Source: Chiloscyllium plagiosum
Lineage: Eukaryota
Length of the DNA: 64,000 nucleotides
Direction of reading: 5' to 3'
NCBI RefSeq assembly: GCF_004010195.1
Contig: NC_057711.1
Location: forward strand, 140,749,601-140,813,600
The position numbers and the translations under genes were made by a program. Of the stretch, positions 28,036 to 39,460 are shown piece by piece; the stretch's first letter is position 1, and each line of letters begins with the position of its first letter. Under the pieces are notes generated by a model. The model worked only from the letters and a program-made list of their open reading frames with translations, did no database searches and was not told the origin of the DNA.

Positions 28036-30234
28036 GTACAAACCCAAAGTGCCTGGGTACACCGAAATGACTGAGCTTCCAGTTGCCTGCCATTTCAACA
28101 CACCGCGGTGTTCCAATGCTAACATTTCTGGCAAGGCCTGCTGTGCTGTTCCAGCAAGCCTCAGTGCAGGGTCAAAAAACAACATCATTTTCCACCTGAG
28201 TAACCTGCAGCCTCTAGGACTCAATATTGAGATCAAAGTTTAGGGAGCCTGATTCCACCCTTCCGTACTTTTAATCCAACTCACACCCAGTACTATTGCA
28301 ACATGGGTTGCTTTTAGCACGATTTGGAGATGTCGGTGTTGGACTGGGGTGTACAAAGTTAAAAATCACACAACACTAGGTTATAGTCCAACAGGTTTAT
28401 TTGGAAGCACTAGCTTTCGGAACGCTGCTCCTTGATCAAGTGGTTGTGGAGTATAAGACTGTAAGACACAGAATTTATAGCAAAAGTTTACAGCGTGATG
28501 TAACTGAAATTATATGTTGACAAAAGACTTGGATTGTTTAAGTCTCTCATCTGTTAGAATGACCATGTTGGTTTTAGTTCTTTTATATGTAAATTGCAAA
28601 ACATTTTTAAAAGTTACATTCTCGAGTGATAAAGTATTGAAGGTGCGACTGCCCTGTGTTAGACTGTCTATGCCACAATGGTCAGACTAATTCTAATCTT
28701 AAAAGCGGATTTATAGAATCTTACATGGATTCATGCAGTTTTTGAGAAAATAAAATGTAATTCTGCAAGTACAAATTCACCCCATAAACTTATAAGTGTA
28801 TGTGCGCATGTGTGCGCGCACGCACGTGTTGGGGGGAGTTATGAGTGTCTGTGATAGAGTGTATGTATGTGTGCGAGTGTGAGTGTAAAGAGGTATAAGT
28901 CTGTGAGAGGGTGTGTGTGAGAGCGTGTGTGAGCATATGAGAGAGGGTCTGCGTGAGTGTGTGTCTGTCTGTGTGTATAATGCAATGGGGTCACCTTTAG
29001 TGTGACATGAACCCAAGGTCCCGGCTGAGACCCTCCCTATGGGTACCGAACGTAGCTATCAGCCTCGGCTCGGCCACTTTTCGCTGTTGCCTGTTCCAAA
29101 GTCTGCCTCGTAGGACGGTCACCCGAAGATCCGAGGTCGAATGTCGTGGACGGCTGAATTGTTCTCCGACTGGGAGGGAATAGTCCTGTCTGTTGATTGT
29201 TGTGCGGTGCCCATTCATCCGTTGCTGTAGTCTCTGCTTGATGTCACCAATGTACCATGCCTCAGGGCATCCTTGCCTGCAGCATATGAAATAGACAACG
29301 TTGGCTGAGTCGAATGAGTACCTGTCACGTACGTGGTGGGAGGTGTCCCCACACGTAATGGTGGTATCCACGTCGACATTCTGACACGGCTTGCAGCATC
29401 TACCTTGACAAGGTTGTATGGTATTGTCCTGAAAGCCGGGCAGTTCACTACGAGCAATCTGTTTGATGTTTGGTAGTTGTCCACACACATGCACACATAC
29501 AAGTTTCTGGGGTGAATTTGTACTTGCAGAATTACATCTTATTTTGCTCAAAAATGCATGAATCCATGTAGGATTCTGTAAATCCGTTTTTAAGATTAGA
29601 ATCAGTCTGACCATTGTGGCACAGACAGTCTCACACAGGACACCTCGACCTTCGATGCATTATCTGGGCCGACATGACACCAATTGTTATAGTTCACTTG
29701 ACTATGTAACTTGTAAAAAAAAGTTTTGCAATTTACATATGAAAGAACTGAAACCAACATGGTCATTCTAAAAGATGAGAGACTTGACAAACAATCCAGG
29801 TCCTTTTCAATATATAATTTCAGTTACATCACGCTGTAAACTTTTGTTATAAATTCTGTGTCTTACAACCTTGTACTCCACAACCACCTGAAGGAGCAGC
29901 GCTCTGAAAGCTAGTGCTTCCAAATAAACCTGTTGGACTATAACCTGGTGTTGCATGATTTTTAACTTTGCTTTTAGCACAGTCACCCATTCCTATGTAA
30001 TCCTAGGCCCATGATCAATTATGAGTTCCATTCAACAAGGCCAACCCCATTTTCTCATTCTTAGCTCTTACTATCATTTACTCAGCTTCTGTTCATAAAT
30101 ACCAGCTTTTCCTAGCTACTAATAGTTCTGATGAAGTCATTGGACTTGAAAAAAAATTAACTCTACTTCCCCCTCCCGCCTCCCCCACAAATACTGCCAG
30201 ACTTGGTGAGTTTCGCCAGCAATTTCTATTTTGG
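28036..30234 (+). mobile_element. Older Penelope-like element (outer member of a nested pair)
   Basis: ELPVACHFNTP...IIFHLSNLQPLGLNIE remnant; degenerate CTGATGA core at about 30128; 21-bp TSD ctgcaataaaccat(c/t)gccttt at 28015-28035 and 30235-30255. Confidence 0.75.
28321..29967 (-). mobile_element. Penelope-like element, family C: GIY-YIG remnant between ~450-bp inverted pLTRs
   Basis: SANVVYFICCRQGCPEAWYIGDIKQRLQQRMNGHR...GLSRDLGFMSH; inverted arms at about 28354-28810 and 29482-29970; GT-rich tract; TSD ttgcttttagcac at 28308-28320 and 29968-29980. Confidence 0.9.
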
Positions 30235-30285
30235 CTGCAATAAACCATTGCCTTTACATAGTTGTTGATCCTGAGCAATACTTAC

Positions 30286-30394
30286 ACGGCACTGATAAGG
30301 CAGCTCCCCTGTGTGGGTCCATGTATGCCTCTTCAGCTCTGACAAGCGATAAAATGCCTGCAGACAGAACTTGCACTGGAACTTTTTAATGCCA
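30286..30394 (-). CDS. ZBTB gene internal zinc-finger exon (phase 2 to phase 0)
   Basis: Polypyrimidine tract and cacag acceptor, then (S)GIKKFQCKFCLQAFYRLSELKRHTWTHTGELPYQCR|gtaagt. Canonical C2H2 finger with a TGE-P linker. Confidence 0.92.
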
Positions 30395-30879
30395 CTGTGA
30401 ACCAAAATGGAAAGAAAGGTATGGCAGCAATCCCACATTCTTGCCACGATCATTTATAAATTAAAAAAATTACACCAAAGCAACAGGAACAGGAGTATGC
30501 CATTTCACTATCTGAATGTGTTTGTCTATTCCTTTAGAACAAAACTGGTTAACATACTCCTCAAAGCTAACAAATATCCATTATTCTGTTAATATTGAAA
30601 ACTAATTGATCCAGAATCCATTGCACAGTGGGAGTGATTTCTGTCATGCTTTCTCGAAATAGTGCTTCTTGATTTCACTTCTAATCAGTTTTAAGATGTG
30701 ACCCCTTGTTCTTGATTTCCCCCACATAAGGAGATAGTTATTTCATTTCCAGCATTTTTTAAAAATCTGTATACTTTTATAGATGTCAATCAGATCAACC
30801 CTCAACTTTCTAAGATCAAAGGAATAACAGCCCAACTTTATGAAACCGGACCTCAAAATGCAATAATTTAAGTATTAGT

Positions 30880-31245
30880 TGTGGCTTAACAGTAGAAATA
30901 ACATTCTTGAGTAAGACGTCTGGGGATTCAGGTCTCATGCCCAATGCTCAAATACAAAATCTCAGCTGATATTTCAGTGCAATATAGAGGGAGTTTGTCA
31001 CTTTTGGAGATGCCTTTTTTTTAAATAAGACATTATACTGAGGCCCTGGCTGCCGTTCTGGGTGGATATGAATGATCCCAAAGCAAGGATCTCTTTCTCA
31101 CAGACCTGGTCAATATTTGTCCCTCAACCAATATCGTTGGAATAGGTTATCTGGCCACTTATTACAGCGTTTTTGTGGAATTTTGCTGTACATATTTCCA
31201 CAACAGTAACTATACTTCAAAAGCATTGTGAGACATAGGCAGTAT
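30880..31245 (+). mobile_element. Deu-domain SINE (SacSINE1/AmnSINE1-like)
   Basis: gctgatatttcagtgcaat...gagggag...ggtggat...gatccca...caatatttgtccctcaacc...caacagtaactatacttcaaaag resembles the recalled Deu-SINE consensus. Further copies at about 3870-4230 (-), 23640-24010 (-), 26640-27030 (+) and 56920-57190 (-). Confidence 0.6.
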
Positions 31246-31345
31246 CTTTCACAACCTTTGTAAGTTTAGTTTCCCTTTTCTTGGATGTTGCTAGTACAAA
31301 TCATCAACTGCCCACCATCTAGGAACCCCAGTTCTTTTACTGTAC

Positions 31346-31472
31346 CTGCAGAAAATCTTGTGGCTCTTGTAGTGTTTTACAGCCTGACCGCAGAATTCAC
31401 ACAGCTGCACCAGGGGTGGTTTTCCCTTTGATGCTTCCATATGCTTCACACGGATGTGCTGGGTTAGATCAT
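31346..31472 (-). CDS. ZBTB gene internal zinc-finger exon (phase 1 to phase 2)
   Basis: tttcag|AT GAT CTA ACC CAG CAC... translates DLTQHIRVKHMEASKGKPPLVQLCEFCGQAVKHYKSHKIFC-AG|gtacag. Its phase matches the 30394 exon. Confidence 0.8.
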
Positions 31473-31648
31473 CTGAAATATATTTTTAACTCCTGTTTAA
31501 TGAAGTATCACCATTTAGATTTCAGTGCATTTCCAGTGCTGAATACACAGGGACTTCAAAAATCAAATCATATTTTTACAAGTTCTGTGCACAATATTAA
31601 ACATCTCAGTCACTGAAGTCCGTTACAATATTGGTCAAAGATACTAAC

Positions 31649-31715
31649 CGTCTTCCAGTAGCTCACTCATGTGGCCACTTTTTCCAAATGATCTCTCACA
31701 TCTTACATTGGTATG
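31649..31715 (-). pseudogene. Disrupted zinc-finger exon of the ZBTB gene (apparent 2-bp deletion)
   Basis: Minus strand reads ...tttccctggtctaatag|CA TAC CAA TGT AAG ATG TGA GAG ATC. Restoring TG gives YQCKMCERSFGKS, which joins the next exon's DDLTQHIRVKH into a canonical C2H2 finger. A gttagt donor lies at 31648. Confidence 0.6.
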
Positions 31716-33244
31716 CTATTAGACCAGGGAAAGCATTGTAACAGAAGGTCAGCCTGTCTATATAAACATCCCCACAGGAGATTTTATTTTTTATTAACTA
31801 TTGTTGGAATAAGAGTGTCACTAACCAACCCAAAATTTACTTCCTACCCTCAGTGGTACAATTAGATATTGCTCCTAATCATCATTTGAGGCTTCGTTCA
31901 ATTTAACTACATTTTTAGCAGAAATCCATACAAAAAGTGATCTATCAATTGTCATTTGTGGAGTTAAATTCCAAACTTCTGCCACGCTTTACATATTGAA
32001 ATATTTCCAAACTTCACTTCTGAAAGGTCAAGATCTTTTTTTTTTTATTTAATTTGCCTTGTCTTAGACTTCCCAACCAGTGGAACTAGTTTCTTTCTGT
32101 CTGCCTCATCAGTTCCCCTTAATAATTTGGAAACTTCAATCAAAATTATATCTTAAACATCTAAATTCCAGGAAATACAACAAGAGCTTGTCTAATCTCT
32201 CATGATTTAACCTTTGGAGTCACAGCATCGCTTTGGTAAATCTATGACAAACTCCCTCCATGCCTAATACATCGTTCCCAAGGTACAGTGTCCAGAACTA
32301 GACATAGGATGAGTCCTGAAGCAGGAGCAGACTATTCAGCGGCTTGAGCCTGCACAACCATTCTAGATTATTGCTGATAATCTGCCTCAATGGCATATTC
32401 CTGAACTATTCCCTATATCTCAATGTCATTAGTATCTTGAATCTATCAACCTCTACCCTGAACATACTCAATAATTGTGCTCCTGCAGCCCTTTGGTTAA
32501 AACATTCCAAAGATTGCGTGTCATCTCAGTTCAAAATGGCTTACTCTTACCCTAATTTCCTCATTCAAACTCCCTTCTCCAAACAAGGGAATCATCCTTT
32601 CTGCATATACTCTGTCTAGCCCTTTACAAATTAGAAATTCATAAAGAATTCATATTAAATAACCTATTAAGCAAACACTAGAGAGTACAATCTTCTCAAT
32701 CTCTCTTCAGAGGACAGTCCAACCATCCTAGAAATTACACTGGTGAATCTCTTTTGAATCCTCTCTATGGAAGACATCCTCAGGTAAGGGAATTAAAACT
32801 GTACATCATACATCAGATATTTTACAAATGAAGCAAGAAAGTTTTACTCCTGTACTCAAATCTTCTTGCATAAACAGGCCAACATACCATTTGGCTTTCT
32901 AATTATTTGCTTCACTGCACATTTGCTTTCAGTGATTCACGAACAAGGATACAGATCATTTTGGAGATTAACAGTTCCAAACTTTAAACATTTACAAAAT
33001 ACTCTGCACTCCAACCCTCCTTCCAAAATGGATAATTTCACACACACATTTCATCTGACATGTTCTTGTCCACTCAGCCAGTCCAGTTCCCATTGAAGTC
33101 TCTTTACATCATCGCCATAATGCTCATTCCCATTAAGTTTTGTGTCATTTGCAAACATGGAAATATGACATTTGGTCTCCACATCCAAATCATGATATGA
33201 TTGAAAAACAGCTGGGACTCCAAGCACTGATCCTTTTTTCACTT

Positions 33245-34165
33245 TATCGATCTAGATGAATGAACTGAAGGCATTCTGGCGAAGTTTGGAGACCATGTAA
33301 AGACAGGTAGAAGGACAGGTAGCGTTGAGAAGGCAGGGAGGCTGCTGAAGGATTTGGACAGTTAGGAGAGTGGGCAAAGTAATGCAGATGGAGTACCACA
33401 TTGGAAAGTGTGAGTTCATGCACTTTGGTAGCAAGAATAGAGGCATGGACTATTTTCTAAATAGGGAGAAAATTCAGAAGTCTGAAGAGCAAAGAGACTT
33501 GGGAGATCTAGTCCAGGATTCTCTCAAGGTAACCTTGCGGGTTGAATCAGTAGTTAGGAAGGCAAATGCAATGATGGTATTTATTTTGAGAGGACTGGAA
33601 TATGAAAGCAGGAATGTATTTCTGAGGCTCGATAAGGCTCTGGTCAGACCAGGTTTGGAGTATTGTGTGCAGTTTTCGGCCTCATGTCTGAGGAAGAATA
33701 TATTGGCCCTAGGGCGCATTCAGAGGAGACTCCTGAGAATGGTCCCAGAAATGAAAAGCTTAACATGTAAGGAATGTTTGAGGACTCTGGGTTTATACTC
33801 GGCAAAATTTAGAAGGATAAGGGGGGAATTGAATTGAAATATACAAAATACTGAATGGGCTCGACAGAGAAGATGTTTCCATTGGTAGGAGAGACTAGGA
33901 CTCGAGGGCCTAGCCTTAGAGTAAAGGGAAGACCTTTTAGAAACAGAGATAAGGAGAAACTTCTTCAGCCACAGAAGGCTGTGGAGGCCAGGTCATTAAG
34001 TATATTTAAGATTAGATAGATGTATTCTTGAATATGAAAGGAATCAAAGGTTATGGGGAGAAAGCAGAAGAATGGGGTTGAGAAATTTATCAGCCATGAT
34101 TGAATGGCAGAGCAGACTCGATGGCTGTTTGACCTAATTTCTGTTCCTCTGTCTTATGGTTTTAT
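33245..34165 (+). mobile_element. CR1 LINE fragment inside older minus-strand CR1 pieces (about 31940-34600)
   Basis: KCEFMHFGSKN...ALVRPGLEYCVQF. Confidence 0.85.
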
Positions 34166-34600
34166 AGTATCCCACTAATAACACCAGACAGTGATTTGTT
34201 TATTCCTACTTTGTTTTTGTTCTATTGACTAATCTTCCATCCACGCCAGTAATTATCCCAATTTTTTGTTTATATAGCACCTGTGATCAGCATTCTTGGA
34301 AGCTTTCTCAAAATCCAAGTATGCCACATCCCATCAGTTTCCCCTTATCTACTGTTAAAAACATCCTCAAGAAACTCTAACATGTCTATCAAACATTACT
34401 GCTCCTTTATAAAACTATACTGACCCTGCAAAGTACTTCAGATGTGATCTAACAAGACCTTTATAAGCTTTAACATGACTTCTACACTCACCCATTTTGT
34501 CTGAGTCCTCTTAAAATCCATCACTTAATTGCCTTTCTACTTACATGGATGCCCAAATCTCTTTGGAGCTCCACTGTTTCTAACATGTCACCATTTAGAA

Positions 34601-34766
34601 AGTCAAGAGTGTGGTGCTGAATCGACGTTTCAGACATAAGCTCTTCATCAGGCTTATGCCCAAAACGTTGACTCTCCTGCTCCTCGGATGCTGCCTGACC
34701 CGCTGTGCTTTTCCAGCACCACACTCTCGACTCTGATCTCCAGCATCTGCAGTCCTCACTTTCTCC
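34601..34766. mobile_element. Short Penelope-like fold-back insertion, family B variant
   Basis: Inverted hammerhead-core halves meet near 34650; TSD caccatttagaa at 34589-34600 and 34767-34778. Confidence 0.8.
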
Positions 34767-35054
34767 CACCATTTAGAAGGTACCTAATTCTATTCTTTTA
34801 AACTCCATTTGCTACAGTTTTGCATATTCACTTAATCTATCAATTTTGTTTTGTAAATCCATTAGATTTTAGAATCCTACTGAAGGCATGAGTTAAGACC
34901 TTAAGTCCTGAATTGCGCACACAATCTAATAAAATCTTTCTGAAATCTATGACATTTTATCAAACTCTGCTCAGTCTTTTTTACCATTGACGTTAACAAA
35001 AAGGAAATGAGGCACAGTGAATGACGAACCAACCCAATCACCCTGTAGCACAGC

Positions 35055-35554
35055 NNNNNNNNNNNNNNNNNNNNNNNNNNNNNNNNNNNNNNNNNNNNNN
35101 NNNNNNNNNNNNNNNNNNNNNNNNNNNNNNNNNNNNNNNNNNNNNNNNNNNNNNNNNNNNNNNNNNNNNNNNNNNNNNNNNNNNNNNNNNNNNNNNNNNN
35201 NNNNNNNNNNNNNNNNNNNNNNNNNNNNNNNNNNNNNNNNNNNNNNNNNNNNNNNNNNNNNNNNNNNNNNNNNNNNNNNNNNNNNNNNNNNNNNNNNNNN
35301 NNNNNNNNNNNNNNNNNNNNNNNNNNNNNNNNNNNNNNNNNNNNNNNNNNNNNNNNNNNNNNNNNNNNNNNNNNNNNNNNNNNNNNNNNNNNNNNNNNNN
35401 NNNNNNNNNNNNNNNNNNNNNNNNNNNNNNNNNNNNNNNNNNNNNNNNNNNNNNNNNNNNNNNNNNNNNNNNNNNNNNNNNNNNNNNNNNNNNNNNNNNN
35501 NNNNNNNNNNNNNNNNNNNNNNNNNNNNNNNNNNNNNNNNNNNNNNNNNNNNNN
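35055..35554. other. Assembly gap (500 N) within a ZBTB intron
   Basis: Run of N. Confidence 1.
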
Positions 35555-36889
35555 CTTTTCATCTGTCCATGGATAGCATCTTCAGATGCTCATCCAATAG
35601 TCAAGTCAGAAGATGGAACAGATATTGATGTGGTTTTCAAAGGCAGGGTCCTAGCTGGATGATGGCACAGAGATGAAAGTAAATAATCTCTTTGATGGAA
35701 AGAATATGGTGTTAGAAGCTTAGCTGGAGCTACAACAGGACATTGAGATTTCAAACAGTCTGATTCAGCTTGAGATAGTGGCCAGGGCTGTCGGTGTTGG
35801 CTTTGGTATTTCCACCACTTAGCTGGAGGTTACTGCAGCTTTTCCAAGAATCAGGTCAGGTAAGCAGTTGAGAACACAGACAGTGAAGTGATTGAGAGAA
35901 GTAGTGGTGAAATAGAATTTGATGTTATCAACATACATATGGAATCGTACAATCTAATGTTACGATGAGATAGGATATAGATATGGATAAGGATAAGGAG
36001 ATGTAAACCCAGGATGACAGTGCAGGTAAGGGAACAGAAGCCATTGCTGGAGAACCTCTGTTAAACAAGTGAAAGACAACCTAATCAAGTTGAACAATAA
36101 AAGAAAGCTATTGGAGAATTATGAAGCTAACTGTGTAAAAACCACAAAGAAACTATGAGGCAATGTAAAGTAGTACTTTTACATGGATCTCATCCATAAC
36201 TTTGTTTAGGGCCATTTTAGTGCTGCAAGGTGGATGCAAACCTAACTGGAAGGATTGAAACTGGAAGTTGTAGGAGAAACACATTGCTGTACTTGTGTGT
36301 TTGTATGTGCATGCACATAACCCTGGGCCAATATTACATTCTTCTTTTCTATAAGCAACACAGGGTTGACTAAGGACAGCACCAAAATCCAGAATTAAAC
36401 AGGAAAATGAGGGTACACTAAAATAACTAAAGGCATCACCACAATAATGGTACTGATTATGTTATTGAACCAACATTCAGAGAACATGAGTTCAGATCCC
36501 ATCGTAGCCATCAGTCGGAGAAGCTAAATTTTGTTACTTGTTTCAAAAATCTGAAACTGTAAAAGTGACACAGAACATGTCATACTGTTATGAAAATCCA
36601 AATATTTCACTGATATCCTTTTGGGAAGGAAACCTGGCATCCTCAGCTAGGTTGTTCTGCATGCGACTCCAGCCCCACGCCAATATCATAGATAATTAAG
36701 AATCATTTAAAACGTTATTCAGTTAGAACAAACTGTTTCAAGGTAATGGTCCACCATCATTCTGGCAAAAAATACCAGTACTAACCACATTCTAGCATGT
36801 ATTAAAAAAATACTAACTGGCTGCACAACAAAATTCTCCTTACTTGATGAACTGAGATAACCCAGAGTTCTGTAGAAGCAGTAACTCAC

Positions 36890-37986
36890 CTGTAACTGAA
36901 CAATTTCTCACACATGTCACACCTGAACAACTCCTCACCAGCAGAAACCTGATGGGAGCGGTAGAGTGTATATGGCAGCAGCTTCTTACAACCTTCACAT
37001 CTCAGTTGTTTCCTTTCCAGAATGTCATCGCCATCTCCTGAAAGGTTCTTGGTTATTAATATAGAATCCTTCTGTGGTTTCCCCTTTGATCGTTTTGGCC
37101 TCCCACAATGTGTCAGTAGTGAAGATTCCATATTCAAAGATGGCAAAACACTGGTGCTATTTTTGACACTATCATGTATACCATTCTTTGAGTCTCTCTC
37201 CCCCACAGCAATATTTAGTATTTCAGGTCCAGCCGCTCTCTGGGATCCACTTAAGCTCACTTTTGTCCACTGACATGGAACCTTACAATTTTCCGATTTG
37301 GCAATAATATCTTGATTCCCTTCTCTCCCATTCACACGAGTTAGGCTGGTCTTTAGACATCTGGGTTTTCTGCTAGAAACAATTGTTCTAGCTAATCTGG
37401 CAGTCTGCAATCGAGTTTTGATTTCAGCCAAGCATGATCTGTGAACCTTTTTGTTAACAATTGATTCATTGTTCAATTCAGTTTTGCAAGATGGACTTGC
37501 CGCCCACACAGAATTATCTTCCTTCACTCTCTTAAGGAGTTCTAGGTCTTCCACTTCTTGGTTTCTTACAAGAACATTCCTTAATTTACAGATCTCTTTG
37601 TCTGATATTTGGCCATTACCATTAATTCCACTATTCTCCACGTGAAGCTTTACTGGTACACAAACATTCAAACTCTGAGCAGCTGAAAGGAAGTCATTCA
37701 TGTGACAACCTGGGACCTTAGAAGTATAAAAATATTCTAACAAATGGCTAAAACCCTCCAGGCTCACTGTATCTAGCACAACTGTGCATTCCTGGTTATT
37801 CTTGCTCAGGGTTGTATAGAAATAGCTGCTGCATGCAGACAAGATGTTTTTATGAGCATGAAAAGTCTTTCCCTCCACAACAACTGCAATATCACAAAAT
37901 AAACCTATAGCTCGCTGTTCGTAAAGTTTCTGAAGAATTGCTTGACAGTGATTGTAACATTCCTTAATATAGGAAGGACTCTCCAT
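36890..37986 (-). CDS. BTB/POZ-zinc finger (ZBTB-family) gene, first coding exon (BTB domain, linker, start of C2H2 array)
   Basis: ORF begins MESPSYIKECYNHCQAILQKLYEQRAIGLFCDIAVVVEGKTFHAHKNILSACSSYF, a classic ZBTB BTB motif. Strong Kozak context (GAAAATGG). Ends CEGC...FRCDMCEKLFSY-AG|gtgagt, a phase-2 donor at 36889. Confidence 0.93.
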
Positions 37987-38759
37987 TTTCCCAAAAGATT
38001 TGGTGGATTTGAACTTGTATTAAGACTCAAAAGGAGAAAGCAATAGCAGACCAAGTCAAACACCACAAATGCTTAAGAAGTGCAAAGGCTGTAATAATCC
38101 ATGATCCAAATGTTTCCAGTTCTTCTGAAAAGCTGCTTGTTCTCAATGTGTTTACTGTAAAAACAACCATTAAATTATAAGTAGTTTTTACATTAAATTG
38201 TGCATCCAACTCCAACAACCACTTGCATTTATATAGCACCATTAACAATGAAAACAATGGTTATATTATTAAATAAATTTTAAAACTGATCACATTATGC
38301 AAAAAGTTTGGTCAAAAATATAACTTATAAAGGAGCATCTTAACAGGAAAGAGGAGAAACAAGGGAACAAGATTTAATAAGAGAATTGCAGATCTTCAGA
38401 CAATGGAAGCTGAACAGCCAGTCACCAATCAAGCAATTCAGAGTTGTGCAATGCCACAGAGTGAAAAATAGATAGCCCACATGACGATACGGATATGCTG
38501 TCAGGACTGGTTTCAAGAACACATCAAGGGAAGAGGAGAAGAACCAGACGTTATTATGCAGAAATGGGAAGAAGAATAATTCTCACTGGTCATTCAATTA
38601 AGATTCATGAAATAGTCCCTACAATCAAACCTGGTGTCATTTAATTTCCAAATCAAAAAGGCAATGCCTTTTTACAAGTTTTAGGCTTAAATGATTCCTC
38701 TTCCTCTTGCGCAATGTATTATAACTAATCTACAGTCACTCACCTCTAGGATTCATTAG

Positions 38760-39460
38760 GGAGCATCCCATCGTCTCGCGCTCACGCAAAACACTTCAGG
38801 TTTTATTCGCGGGAGTTAGATTCCCTCATTGAGCATGACTTATTTTGATATACTGTACTGTACTTCACAAGCTTAAGTACGTTCTGAAGTGTTTCTGCCC
38901 ACTTTATTCTGATCTGCGGTTCCTTCCTCACACTTCCCTTGACTTTGACAGTCACTCCTTGAGCAAGGAGAGAAGTTAACGGATGTTTTTCTTTCCTCCC
39001 CAAACTGCAGTTACACCGCCAGCTCCGGGCTGAACGGCGAGTAGTGTCAGAGGATGTCGGGGCAGCAAAACTCCGGTAGGGCAGGCTGTACGGCGGGGAT
39101 TACACCGCCGTGAAGACGCTTTGGCCGGCCTCGGCCGGTGGGACAGGGATTCCCGCGGCACTCAGGAGACAGACGGAGCAGCCAGACTGCGGCCTTTACC
39201 CGCACACCACAGCCTGGGCCCGGAAATAACTATTTAAAAACACCTCCGGCCCCAGGTCTAAGGACCTTCGTGTTTCCTTCTCCTCCCTCCCCCCCGACTC
39301 ACCTCCAGAGAAACCGACAAAACCCCCTCCGGTGATCACTCGTCGACTCTGACCTCTGACCCCGACTTCGCGGAGCCAGGCGGCCCTCGGAGAGGACTGG
39401 GGAAGGTGGTTGCTAGGTGACGGGTTGCTCGGAGACCATCTCAATGAGGTTCACGATCAA
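38760..39460 (-). promoter_or_regulatory. CpG-rich promoter and 5' non-coding exon(s) of the ZBTB gene
   Basis: GC/CpG-rich stretch in an otherwise CpG-depleted window. Minus-strand donors GAG|gtgagt (39302), CGG|gtaaag (39199) and GAG|gtgagt (38742); pyrimidine-rich acceptor at about 38026, just before the ATG. Confidence 0.65.

Noticed and set aside
28354-29970. DNA transposon with long TIRs
   Set aside because: The internal ORF is a PLE GIY-YIG endonuclease rather than a DDE transposase, the arms are asymmetric, and they contain hammerhead-like cores.
34983-35042. Candidate missing ZBTB exon (RVIGLVRHSLC...) next to the gap
   Set aside because: Spacing is non-canonical, there is no second His or TGEKP linker, and the acceptor context is hidden by N.
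35017-35662. Long ORFs of 174-213 aa
   Set aside because: Artefacts of the 500-N gap.
36886-37986. Calling the BTB gene ZBTB5 because human GRHPR neighbours ZBTB5
   Set aside because: As recalled, ZBTB5 has a different N-terminus, a single coding exon, and lies downstream of and convergent with GRHPR. This gene is multi-exon and divergent.
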